Positions 17,059 through 25,999 of a stretch of DNA of 32,000 nucleotides are shown here, piece after piece. The notes under the pieces are model-generated. The model was given only the letters and a program-made list of their open reading frames with translations. It searched no databases and had not been told where the DNA came from. Numbering within the stretch: position 1 is the stretch's first letter; each line of letters opens with the position of its first letter. A program made the translations under genes and the position numbers. The DNA is from Candidatus Kuenenia stuttgartensis (lineage in GTDB: Bacteria > Planctomycetota > Brocadiia > Brocadiales > Brocadiaceae). The DNA lies in NCBI RefSeq assembly GCF_900232105.1, contig NZ_LT934425.1, positions 3,600,001 to 3,632,000 on the forward strand, written 5' to 3'.

Positions 17059-18774
17059 ATGTATTTTAAAAACATGCACAGGTTTTGGACGAATACGATA
17101 GGCTTTATGCTTATTTTGGTTTTCATAGGGTTGGCAGTAAATTTATGCCGTATACAGGTACTTGAGCATGATAAATATTTGAAACTGGCCAAAGCACAAC
17201 AAAGCAAGAAGGTAGCCTTATCTGCAAGAAGGGGTTTGATATTGGATAGAAATGGCAGGAAGCTTGCGGAATCTTTACGTGTCGGCTCTGTTTATGCAAA
17301 CCCTTCTGCAATTAAAGACGTTTCTTTAGTCGCCAGCCACTTAAGCAAGGTCTTACACCTTAATCCCTCAAAAGTATCAGCAAAACTCGAAAAAGATAAA
17401 AAATTTGTCTGGATAAAGAGAAGGGTCAGCGATGAGGAATTGAAAGAGATTCGGAAGCTCTCCTTGCAAGGTGTGTATATTGAGCATGAGTATCAGCGTT
17501 TTTATCAAAATGGCCCGTTAGGAAGCCATGTTATCGGGTTCACGGATATCGATGAAAATGGTCTTGAAGGTATTGAATTGTCATGCAATCAAGCGTTGCA
17601 AGGTGAGCCTGGTTATAAAAGGATGTACCGCGATGCCCAGCAAAGCAATATTTTAACGGCAGACACAGAGATGCGGCGTCCAAGGCATGGAAACAATGTT
17701 ATGCTGACAATTGATGCGAATATTCAGCGTTTTGCCGAAGAGGAATTGGAGAATCTTGACAAAACATGGTCGCCTGCCTCTGCTACGGCGATTGTGATGG
17801 ATATAAGCACCGGAGAAATACTTGCCATGGCGAATCTGCCGGCATATGATTTAAATAATGTTGGTAAATATCCTGCGAGAGCAAGGAAAAATCTGGCAGT
17901 CACTGATTATTATGAACCGGGTTCAATAATAAAACCGATTGTGCTGGCCGGCATATTTGAAAATAAACTTGCCAGGCCGAATGATATGATTAACTGTGAA
18001 AATGGAAGATATGTAATGGGGAAAAGAATATTGCACGATTCGCACCGCTACGACACCCTTACTGTTGCAGAAATTGTTACCCATTCCAGTAATATTGGGA
18101 TGGCAAAGTTGGGTATGCGCATGGGAATCGAAAGGATGTATCGTCACCTTGAACAGTTTAATTTTGGGAATAAGTCTGGTATTGAGTTATCCGGAGAACA
18201 GGGGGGGATTTTTCGTCCCATGAAAAGCTGGTCGAAACAATTTTCTTTAGTATCGGTTTCGATTGGCCATGAAATTGCTGCAACACCGCTTCAGTTTGTC
18301 ACTATATTTAGCAGTATTGCAAATGGCGGCCTGCTGTTAAAACCAGTAATAATAAAGTCGATTACCGGCAATGACGGCAAGGTTAAAGAAGAATATCCTG
18401 TACCTCAGGTTGTCAGGCGTGTAATGAGTGAAGAAGTTGCCCGTGATTTATTAAATCCTATATTAGTTGATGTCGTGAGAAATGGCACAGGAAAGAGGGC
18501 TTTTTTAGCGGAATATGAGGTTGCCGGAAAAACAGGAACGTCCCAAAAGGTTAACAAGAGCGACGGACGTTATTCGCGCAATAAATATATCGCTTCCTTT
18601 GTCGCATATGCTCCGGCGGATAATCCCCGTATTTGTGTATTAATAATGGCTGACGAACCAAAAGGTGCTTATTATGGCGGCACTGTTGCGGCTCCGTCAG
18701 TGCGGGAAATTATCAAAAAAACGCTGCAGTATCTTGAGGTAGAGCCATTAAAATTAAAAATGGCTATGCACTGA
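17059..18774 (+). CDS. ftsI: Peptidoglycan D,D-transpeptidase FtsI / penicillin-binding protein
   Basis: RGLILDRNGRKLAES..., SxxK in YYEPGSIIKP, SxN in THSSNIG, KTGT in VAGKTGTSQKV. Confidence 0.95.
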   Translation: MYFKNMHRFWTNTIGFMLILVFIGLAVNLCRIQVLEHDKYLKLAKAQQSKKVALSARRGLILDRNGRKLAESLRVGSVYANPSAIKDVSLVASHLSKVLHLNPSKVSAKLEKDKKFVWIKRRVSDEELKEIRKLSLQGVYIEHEYQRFYQNGPLGSHVIGFTDIDENGLEGIELSCNQALQGEPGYKRMYRDAQQSNILTADTEMRRPRHGNNVMLTIDANIQRFAEEELENLDKTWSPASATAIVMDISTGEILAMANLPAYDLNNVGKYPARARKNLAVTDYYEPGSIIKPIVLAGIFENKLARPNDMINCENGRYVMGKRILHDSHRYDTLTVAEIVTHSSNIGMAKLGMRMGIERMYRHLEQFNFGNKSGIELSGEQGGIFRPMKSWSKQFSLVSVSIGHEIAATPLQFVTIFSSIANGGLLLKPVIIKSITGNDGKVKEEYPVPQVVRRVMSEEVARDLLNPILVDVVRNGTGKRAFLAEYEVAGKTGTSQKVNKSDGRYSRNKYIASFVAYAPADNPRICVLIMADEPKGAYYGGTVAAPSVREIIKKTLQYLEVEPLKLKMAMH

Positions 18775-18812
18775 CTATTGGCACTACGAAAAAAGGAAGG
18801 AGGTGGTAGTTA

Positions 18813-18833
18813 TATGATGTTATATCTAAAATA
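18813..18833 (+). other. Possible 6-codon leader ORF (MMLYLK) with strong Shine-Dalgarno
   Basis: AAGGAGGTGG...ATGATGTTATATCTAAAATAA upstream of orf87. Confidence 0.25.
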
Positions 18834-18888
18834 ATGGTAAATATATTTGTTATAATTATAGCGCTTAGGAGAGAGGGGAGGAGGAGCA

Positions 18889-19152
18889 ATGATGGGACCG
18901 AAGGATTTAAACAAGAAAAATTTTATTTTATGGTATAGTTTGTATGCTTCTCAAAAAGAATTAGAAATTGCGAGGTCGAGTAATAGAGAAGCGCTGCATA
19001 GGCTTTTAAAGGAATATGCAGAGGAGGTTGACAGGGTAGACAGTACCAAGCGTTTATACGAACGGATTGTTCAGCCGCAGAGTCTGAGTACACAAGGTTT
19101 CGATGGCGTACTGAGAATTGATTGTTTTTCAGGTAATGAAAAAAACATTTAG
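18889..19152 (+). CDS. Hypothetical 87-aa protein inside the dcw cluster
   Basis: MMGPKDLNKKNFILWYSLYASQKELEIARSSNREALHRLLKEYAEEVDRVDSTKRLYERIV...; preceded by GGGGAGGAGGAG. No family recognised. Confidence 0.7.
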   Translation: MMGPKDLNKKNFILWYSLYASQKELEIARSSNREALHRLLKEYAEEVDRVDSTKRLYERIVQPQSLSTQGFDGVLRIDCFSGNEKNI

Positions 19153-19178
19153 TTTGATGGGTTTTTGAAGGTCGCAAA

Positions 19179-20648
19179 ATGAAATTAAGTGAGATTTGTG
19201 CTGTTTTAGAAAAATATAAGTGCAATTCCTTTACGGAGAAAGTCGTTTTAGGGCTAACACACGATTCCCGTAAAGTTAAAGAGGGGTATATTTTTGTTGC
19301 TATAAAGGGCTATAAATCTGATGGTCACGATTTTATTTCAATGGCAATAGAGAAAGGAGCTATTGCCGTAGTTGCGGAGAAAGGTGTTGACTATGTTATA
19401 AATGTTCCGCAAATTGTTGTGCCGAATGCCCGACGGGCGCTTTCTCTTCTGAGTGAATATTTTTATGGCTATCCTTCTTCAAAAATGACAATAGTAGGTA
19501 TTACCGGAACGAATGGCAAGACAACTACTTCGTTTTTTACGAAGTCTATCATAGAATCTTCCGGCAATAAGGCAGGGTTAATAGGAACGATATATTACCA
19601 ATTAGGGAGCAGGATTATCCCTGCGAATGAAACTACCCCTGAATCCGTTGATATACAATCACATCTTTCAGATATGCTTAACAACAATATACGATATGCG
19701 GTAATTGAGGCAAGTTCTCACGCACTTTCGCAGCACAGGCTGGACGGAGTGCATTTCCGTTCTGCTGTTTTTACCAATTTGTCTGCGGAACATCTCGATT
19801 ATCATGAAAATATTAAAAATTACAGAGAAGAAAAAATTAAATTGATGAGGGGATTAGATGAAAATGCGTCTGCGGTTTTAAATGCCGACCATACTTCAAG
19901 CAAATATTTTGCAAAGAGTACTGTCGCACAAATAGTGTGGTATGGGATAAAAGATACGTCTGCACACGTGAGAGCAGAGATAATAAATATGGGGGTTAAC
20001 GGAACAAGGTTTTTATTGATTTCTCCCTGGGGAAAGGAAGTTATTCACTTAAAATTAACAGGCAATCATAATGTTTATAATGCACTGGCAGCCGCAACGA
20101 CGGGGTTTTGTCTCGGTTTTGATATGGAAATAATAAGAAAAGGCCTTGAATCTTTAAATAACGTTCCTGGCAGGCTGGAAAAACTGGACTACGGTCAGGA
20201 TTTTCATGTCCTTATTGATTATGCACATACGCACGATGCGTTACAGGTAGTTTTAGAGACTCTTAGAGGCATTGCAGCCAGGAGGATTATTTTAGTATTT
20301 GGCTGTGGCGGAGACAGGGATAAAGGGAAAAGGGCAAAGATGGGGCATATCGCAGAAAAATATTCAGATTTATTTTGGATAACAAATGATAATCCCCGTT
20401 CTGAAGACCCGCTTAATATAATACGTGAAATACAGAGGGGAATAAAACGGGATTCATGCTATAAAGTTCAACTGGATAGAAAAGTTGCAATAGAAGAAGC
20501 ACTCCTTGAGGCGAAAAAGGGCGATGTCGTCGTTATTGCAGGAAAGGGTCACGAACGTTGCCAGATATTGAAAGACAAGAGTATTCCTTTTGATGACTGT
20601 GAAGTGGTAAAGCAGGTATTATCCGGCACTATGGTATCTCAAAATTAG
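19179..20648 (+). CDS. murE: UDP-N-acetylmuramoyl-tripeptide synthetase MurE
   Basis: 489 aa; GITGTNGKTTTSFF, AVIEASSHALSQHRL, GKGHERCQI. The DNPR motif (NDNPRSEDP) is typical of the meso-diaminopimelate-adding enzyme. Confidence 0.95.
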   Translation: MKLSEICAVLEKYKCNSFTEKVVLGLTHDSRKVKEGYIFVAIKGYKSDGHDFISMAIEKGAIAVVAEKGVDYVINVPQIVVPNARRALSLLSEYFYGYPSSKMTIVGITGTNGKTTTSFFTKSIIESSGNKAGLIGTIYYQLGSRIIPANETTPESVDIQSHLSDMLNNNIRYAVIEASSHALSQHRLDGVHFRSAVFTNLSAEHLDYHENIKNYREEKIKLMRGLDENASAVLNADHTSSKYFAKSTVAQIVWYGIKDTSAHVRAEIINMGVNGTRFLLISPWGKEVIHLKLTGNHNVYNALAAATTGFCLGFDMEIIRKGLESLNNVPGRLEKLDYGQDFHVLIDYAHTHDALQVVLETLRGIAARRIILVFGCGGDRDKGKRAKMGHIAEKYSDLFWITNDNPRSEDPLNIIREIQRGIKRDSCYKVQLDRKVAIEEALLEAKKGDVVVIAGKGHERCQILKDKSIPFDDCEVVKQVLSGTMVSQN

Positions 20649-20661
20649 ACGATGAATGAAA

Positions 20662-22110
20662 ATGGACGCAATTTCTCTTGAAGAAGTGATACAAGCCGTT
20701 AACGGGAAAGCGATATCGAATGTCAGTGGTTTAATGGTGAATGGCGTTTCTGTTGACAGTAGAAACGTCCATAAGGGCAATGTGTTTTTTGCTATAAAAG
20801 GCGACCACTACGACGGGCGTCAGTTTATTGAGCAAGCCTTTGATGCGGGTGCAATTGGTGTGGTGGTATCAAAACAAGGTGGAATTGATATTAGCGGCAA
20901 GTGCCTTCCTCTGATTTTGGTAGATGATGTTAAAACCGCATTGGGCGATTTAGCAAGACATTACCGCCGGAAATTAAATGCAAAGATCATAGGTATCACA
21001 GGAAGTAATGGCAAAACCACCACCAAAGAGATGTTATATCACCTGCTTTCTCATTTTGCCCCGGTAGTAAAACCACAAAAGAGTTTTAATAATTTTATCG
21101 GTGTTCCTCTGACTATATTTGAAATTGAGTCAAAACATAAATACGGAATACTCGAAATGGGTACAAATGCTCCGGGAGAGATATTGCGTCTTTCGGAGAT
21201 TGGTTTACCCGATATAGCGGTAATCCTGAATATTTCCAAAACACACCTGGAAGGATTAGGGAGTATTGAAGGCGTCGCATTGGAAAAGGGGGATATAGTA
21301 AAAAATCTGAAAGAAAACGGAGTTTTTGTATATAACGCCGATAACCCGTTGTGCTGTGAAATTGCGGATAAATTCGGGGGCAATAAGATAAGTTTCGGCT
21401 TAGGTCAGAATGCGCAAATAAGGGGTACTGATGCAAAGAAAAAAGGCAACGGTTCTGTGTTTACAATTGATATTGATTACAATACCTTTCGCCTCTGTGG
21501 GGTCAAGGGGGGAGGACGCAGGCAATTTGAAATACAACTTCAGGTTCCAGGTCATCATAATATTAGCAATTGTCTGGCTTCGTTTGCGGTCTGCCATGCG
21601 CTTGGCCTCGATATAAGTGGACTTTATAATGCCTTTCTCTCATTTAAAATGCCCGATATGAGAATCGATTCTCAGCAGATAGGCAATGTTACCTTTATTA
21701 ATGATGCTTACAATGCAAACCCGGAATCCGTTTTTGCCGCCTTGAAATATTTTGAAGAAATTGATGCTGCAGGGAGGAAGATATTCATTTGCGGAGATAT
21801 GTTGGAACTTGGGAAAGAATCACATGCCCTGCATAAAGAATTGGGGGAAAAGGCGTCAACGCTTAATCTGGATTTATTATGGACGGTAGGCAAATATGCA
21901 TCTGATATTGCAGGCGCGGCAAAAGATGGCGGCATGGACGTGGAAAAGGTGTTAAGTTTTCGGAGTCTGGATGACATCACGGAATATGACATGGGTGAAT
22001 TCAGGGAAAATGATGTAATACTTATTAAAGGTTCCAGGGGTATGCACATGGAAACTATCATTGATAAATATCGGGAATATTTCTCTCCGCGTGTACTTAC
22101 TCATAACTGA
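20662..22110 (+). CDS. murF: UDP-N-acetylmuramoyl-tripeptide--D-alanyl-D-alanine ligase MurF
   Basis: GITGSNGKTTTKEMLYHLL, KSFNNFIGVPLT, LEMGTNAPGEI, FINDAYNANPESV, LIKGSRGMHME. Track ORF begins at 20656. Confidence 0.95.
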   Translation: MDAISLEEVIQAVNGKAISNVSGLMVNGVSVDSRNVHKGNVFFAIKGDHYDGRQFIEQAFDAGAIGVVVSKQGGIDISGKCLPLILVDDVKTALGDLARHYRRKLNAKIIGITGSNGKTTTKEMLYHLLSHFAPVVKPQKSFNNFIGVPLTIFEIESKHKYGILEMGTNAPGEILRLSEIGLPDIAVILNISKTHLEGLGSIEGVALEKGDIVKNLKENGVFVYNADNPLCCEIADKFGGNKISFGLGQNAQIRGTDAKKKGNGSVFTIDIDYNTFRLCGVKGGGRRQFEIQLQVPGHHNISNCLASFAVCHALGLDISGLYNAFLSFKMPDMRIDSQQIGNVTFINDAYNANPESVFAALKYFEEIDAAGRKIFICGDMLELGKESHALHKELGEKASTLNLDLLWTVGKYASDIAGAAKDGGMDVEKVLSFRSLDDITEYDMGEFRENDVILIKGSRGMHMETIIDKYREYFSPRVLTHN

Positions 22111-22131
22111 TTTTATTTAAGAGGGCATGGA

Positions 22132-23208
22132 TTGTTATACGGTTTATTGTATTCAATGTTTTCGTTTGAAATATTCAGGTTCATCTCCTTTCGTTCCTGC
22201 CTGGCGGCATTTACGGCATTTTTAATAAGCATTATTTTCGGCCACTGGTTTATCAGGAAATTTCGCGCCTTGAATTATGGAGAAGACACTACGAAGACGG
22301 ATTCTGAAGAATTGAAAAAATTGCACTTTTCAAAAAAAAATACACCAACAATGGGCGGTATTGTTGTTTTGGTTTCAATATTAGTTGCTACGCTATTTTG
22401 GTGTAATATTTACAATATTTACGTTTTGTTATTGATGTTTACATTGATCTGGTTTGGCGTAATCGGTTTTATTGATGATTACATCAAGCTTACACAAAAG
22501 AACTCGTCCGGCCTGACAGATATATCAAAATTATTATTCCAGTCTGCCTTGGGGCTTATCCTTGGGTTGATATTATATTTTTATTCCAGCAAGTTTACAT
22601 GGGGCACTCAGTTGATGATTCCGTTAATTAAGGATTTGAGGCCGGAACTGGGACCTTTTTATGTAATAATAATCACTTTTTTTATTGTAGGTATGTCAAA
22701 TGCCGTGAATATAACGGATGGCCTGGATGGATTGGCAATAGGATGCAGTATAATTGCAGGCATCTCCCTTGCCATTATTGCGTATATTTCCGGCAGGGTT
22801 GATTTTAGTGAATATTTAAGAGTTCCTTACATTCCCGGCGCCGGTGAATTGAGTATTTTCTGCGCCGCACTGGTAGGGGGCGGTATGGGGTTTTTATGGT
22901 ACAACAGTTATCCCGCACAAATTTTTATGGGAGATACAGGTTCTCTGGCGCTAGGTGGGATGCTTGCCTTGGTAAGTATTATCGTAAAACAGGAAATATT
23001 GATGATTGTTATAGGGGGTGTTTTTGTTGCGGAGGCAGTATCGGTACTTATGCAGAGATATTTTTTTAAAATTACGAAGAAAAGAATCTTCCTGTGCGCC
23101 CCTTTGCATCATCACTTTCAATTTGCGAAATGGCCTGAATCGAAAATTACCCTTAGGTTTTGGATAATTGCAGCGTTGCTGTCAGTATGTAGTTTTATGC
23201 TTTTGTGA
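22132..23208 (+). CDS. mraY: Phospho-N-acetylmuramoyl-pentapeptide-transferase MraY
   Basis: 358 aa polytopic; KKNTPTMGGIV, GFIDDYIKL, NAVNITDGLDGLAIG, MGDTGSLALGG, PLHHHFQFAKWPESKI. TTG start. Confidence 0.96.
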   Translation: MLYGLLYSMFSFEIFRFISFRSCLAAFTAFLISIIFGHWFIRKFRALNYGEDTTKTDSEELKKLHFSKKNTPTMGGIVVLVSILVATLFWCNIYNIYVLLLMFTLIWFGVIGFIDDYIKLTQKNSSGLTDISKLLFQSALGLILGLILYFYSSKFTWGTQLMIPLIKDLRPELGPFYVIIITFFIVGMSNAVNITDGLDGLAIGCSIIAGISLAIIAYISGRVDFSEYLRVPYIPGAGELSIFCAALVGGGMGFLWYNSYPAQIFMGDTGSLALGGMLALVSIIVKQEILMIVIGGVFVAEAVSVLMQRYFFKITKKRIFLCAPLHHHFQFAKWPESKITLRFWIIAALLSVCSFMLL

Positions 23209-23232
23209 TTCAATTTAATCGGGAGAGATATT

Positions 23233-24432
23233 TTGAAATCATGGCACTGTCTCGTATATATTGTCGTTGCGCTACTGGGTTTTAGTATTGTCACTGTTTA
23301 TAGTACTGACACTACAATGTTTGCGGCAGATAGCAATGGTTATCAATTTGCCAAACATCTTTTATGGATAGTATTAAGTTTGGTGGTGTTAATTGCTATG
23401 TCATATGTCGATTACCGGCATTTACAGAAATTAACGTATCCGATTATTGCGGTATCAGTGATTAGCCTTATACTTGTGCTGTTGCCAGGTGTTGGAACGG
23501 TAGCCAACGGCGCGAGAAGATGGATCAGATTGGGAGGTATTGCGGGTATTCAGCCGTCTGAATTTGCAAAATTGGCGACGATTATATTTATATCGAATTA
23601 TATAGCCAAAAATCATAATCACATGCATAGCTTTAAAAGTGGGTTTTTAATACCTCTGGGGTTCATAGCGATGATGGGCGGGCTAATACTCATGGAACCC
23701 GACTTTGGTACAGCGGCGTTTATCGTTATACTGTCAATATTGATGTGCATGGTGGGGGGGACGCGGATTATTTTTATCTTTTTTACTTTACTTGCGTCGG
23801 CGCCGTTTATCTACGAATTGATTTTTAGTGTTACGTATAGAAAAATACGATTTACCTCATTTCTCGATCCATGGCAGGACCCGCAGGGAACGGGCTATCA
23901 TGTAATACAATCGTGGATTGCCCTTGGTTCCGGGGGGCTGACAGGCCTGGGACTCGGCAATAGCAAACAAAAACTGTTTTTCTTACCGGAAAGCAGCAGT
24001 GACTTTATATTTACCGTTATCGGGGAAGAATTTGGTTTTATTGGGGGAATGACAATTATTGTTCTTTTTTCATTACTGCTATGGCAGGGGTTGAGAATTG
24101 TCAGCAGGACTAAGGATGTGTTTGGTTTCTTTTTAGGACTTGGCATTACCATGATGTTTGGTTTGCAGTCAATTATGAATATTGCAGTTGTTTCCGGTAT
24201 TATACCGACAAAAGGTATTCCCTTGCCGTTTCTAAGTACAGGGGGTTCTTCTTTGTTATTTTCAATGCTTGGCATAGGGATTTTGGTTAATATTGCGAAA
24301 CAATCTTTAAGGTGTGATGCAGACAAACTATTGAACGGTGAAGCGAAAGAAAAACTATCCGTTAATGAAAGGTTTTTCCCCGTGAGAATTACCGGTAAAA
24401 TAATTTCTAAGATATCCGCATTTTCATGGTAG
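23233..24432 (+). CDS. ftsW: Peptidoglycan polymerase / division protein FtsW (SEDS family)
   Basis: SYVDYRHLQKL, GARRWIRLGGIAGIQPSEFAKLA, MEPDFGTA, IPTKGIPLPFLSTGGSSLL. TTG start. Confidence 0.95.
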   Translation: MKSWHCLVYIVVALLGFSIVTVYSTDTTMFAADSNGYQFAKHLLWIVLSLVVLIAMSYVDYRHLQKLTYPIIAVSVISLILVLLPGVGTVANGARRWIRLGGIAGIQPSEFAKLATIIFISNYIAKNHNHMHSFKSGFLIPLGFIAMMGGLILMEPDFGTAAFIVILSILMCMVGGTRIIFIFFTLLASAPFIYELIFSVTYRKIRFTSFLDPWQDPQGTGYHVIQSWIALGSGGLTGLGLGNSKQKLFFLPESSSDFIFTVIGEEFGFIGGMTIIVLFSLLLWQGLRIVSRTKDVFGFFLGLGITMMFGLQSIMNIAVVSGIIPTKGIPLPFLSTGGSSLLFSMLGIGILVNIAKQSLRCDADKLLNGEAKEKLSVNERFFPVRITGKIISKISAFSW

Positions 24433-24614
24433 TTGTTAAAAAAGGGGAACCACAGATTACACAGATTAAAAAATTCGTCACAAGCTTACAATTACCAATG
24501 ACGAAAACAGAAATAAAAGATATTCTTTCGCTCTCGTTTCAAGGTTCCGGCTTGGGACGAGCGTTTTTAAATGTTTAATTATTGATGGCAATTATTGAAA
24601 ATAGAGGTTGAGAA

Positions 24615-25739
24615 ATGAGAATAATATTTGCGGGTGGCGGTACAGGCGGCCACCTTATTGCTGGAATTAGCGCTGCAGAAGAGATTCGCATGAGATTCCA
24701 TAATGCAGAAATTATGTTTTGCGGCACGGAGAAAAAGTTTGAAGAGGAATATGTTGTACAACAAGGGTTTCGGTTTCAGAAAATACATGCAAAAAAATGG
24801 GAAAGATCATTTAAGGGGATTTTTGTATTCCTTAGAATGGCAATTTTAGGGGTGATTGAATCTCTTTTCCTGCAGCGAAAATTCAAGCCTGATATTGTAG
24901 TAGGGTTGGGGGGATATGCTTCTTTTGCGCCAATTATTGCGGCAAAATTACTGTGCATCCCTTCCGTATTGCTTGAACAAAATGTGGTGCCAGGTAAGGC
25001 GAATTTGTTTTTGGCAAGATGGGCGGATGAGGTGTGTTGCCATTGGCGTTCTTCTCTCAAATGGTTTGCAAAGGCAAAGAAGGTAAATGTTACCGGGACG
25101 CCTATCCGTAAGGGAATAGTGTCTGGCAGGAAGAAGAACTATTATGAAAAATTTGGTTTCGATAGCGCAAAATATACCATTGTAGTCACTGGTGGAAGCC
25201 AGGGCGCACAGGCAATTAATGAGGTTATGGTGAAAAGTCTACATAAACTGGAACCGTTTTCAGAGAAGATACAAATAATTCACTGTGCGGGCGAGCATGG
25301 ATATGAATGCGTAAAAAAAGGATACAGGCAAACAAAGATTAATTCTTTTGTATGTAGTTTTCTAAATGAAATGGATGCGGCGCTTAATATAGCAGATATT
25401 GTTATATGCAGGGCAGGTGCAACAACAATTGCTGAAATTACCGCAATTGGTATTCCAGCTATTCTTATACCCTACCCTTACGCCGCCGATAATCACCAAT
25501 ACTGGAATGCAGTTGAAGTGGAGAAAAACGGCGGTGGATATTTATTGCCACAGATTGATTTAACGCCTGAAAAGATTGTTGAAATTATTATTGACCTTAT
25601 CAGAAACAAGGAAAAATACGAGAGAATGAAGATGTTTAGTAAAGAAATGGGGCGTCCGAATGCCTCTGTTTGTGTTGTAGATACGATAAGCAGACTAATT
25701 AGCTACAGGGAGACGCGAGTAGCATTGCTCGCCAGATAA
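24615..25739 (+). CDS. murG: UDP-N-acetylglucosamine--N-acetylmuramyl-(pentapeptide) pyrophosphoryl-undecaprenol N-acetylglucosamine transferase MurG
   Basis: MRIIFAGGGTGGHLIAGI, LLEQNVVPGKANL, TGGSQGAQAINE, CRAGATTIAEITAIGIPAILIPYPYAADNHQ. Confidence 0.96.
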   Translation: MRIIFAGGGTGGHLIAGISAAEEIRMRFHNAEIMFCGTEKKFEEEYVVQQGFRFQKIHAKKWERSFKGIFVFLRMAILGVIESLFLQRKFKPDIVVGLGGYASFAPIIAAKLLCIPSVLLEQNVVPGKANLFLARWADEVCCHWRSSLKWFAKAKKVNVTGTPIRKGIVSGRKKNYYEKFGFDSAKYTIVVTGGSQGAQAINEVMVKSLHKLEPFSEKIQIIHCAGEHGYECVKKGYRQTKINSFVCSFLNEMDAALNIADIVICRAGATTIAEITAIGIPAILIPYPYAADNHQYWNAVEVEKNGGGYLLPQIDLTPEKIVEIIIDLIRNKEKYERMKMFSKEMGRPNASVCVVDTISRLISYRETRVALLAR

Positions 25740-25749
25740 CTCCTTTTTG

Positions 25750-25970
25750 GTAACACTTTAGCTTTTTGAAAAATTCCAATAATAGCGATGTTTGCCGTAT
25801 AGTATAGGGGGCGAAGCATTTGCTACGAATAGTTATAAATGCGTTCATGCTCAAACGGACAAATGCTTCGCCCCTACTTTTTTTGTGAAAGAAGAACAAA
25901 ATCCTGGTACGTGATTTTTGCTGTTAAAATAAGCAAAACCCATGTTTCAAAAAATAGTTTTAAAGTGGAG
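25750..25970 (+). mobile_element. Decayed or partial copy of the GTAACACTTTAG MITE family, in the murG-murC gap
   Basis: Left end GTAACACTTTAGCTTTTTGAAAAATTCC matches the E1 left end. The right end is only degenerate (TTTCAAAAAATAGTTTTAAAGTGG). Contains a 15-bp inverted repeat GGGGCGAAGCATTTG (25808-25822 / 25860-25874). Confidence 0.5.
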
Positions 25971-25999
25971 AAACGTGTATACAACATACAACAAAAACA

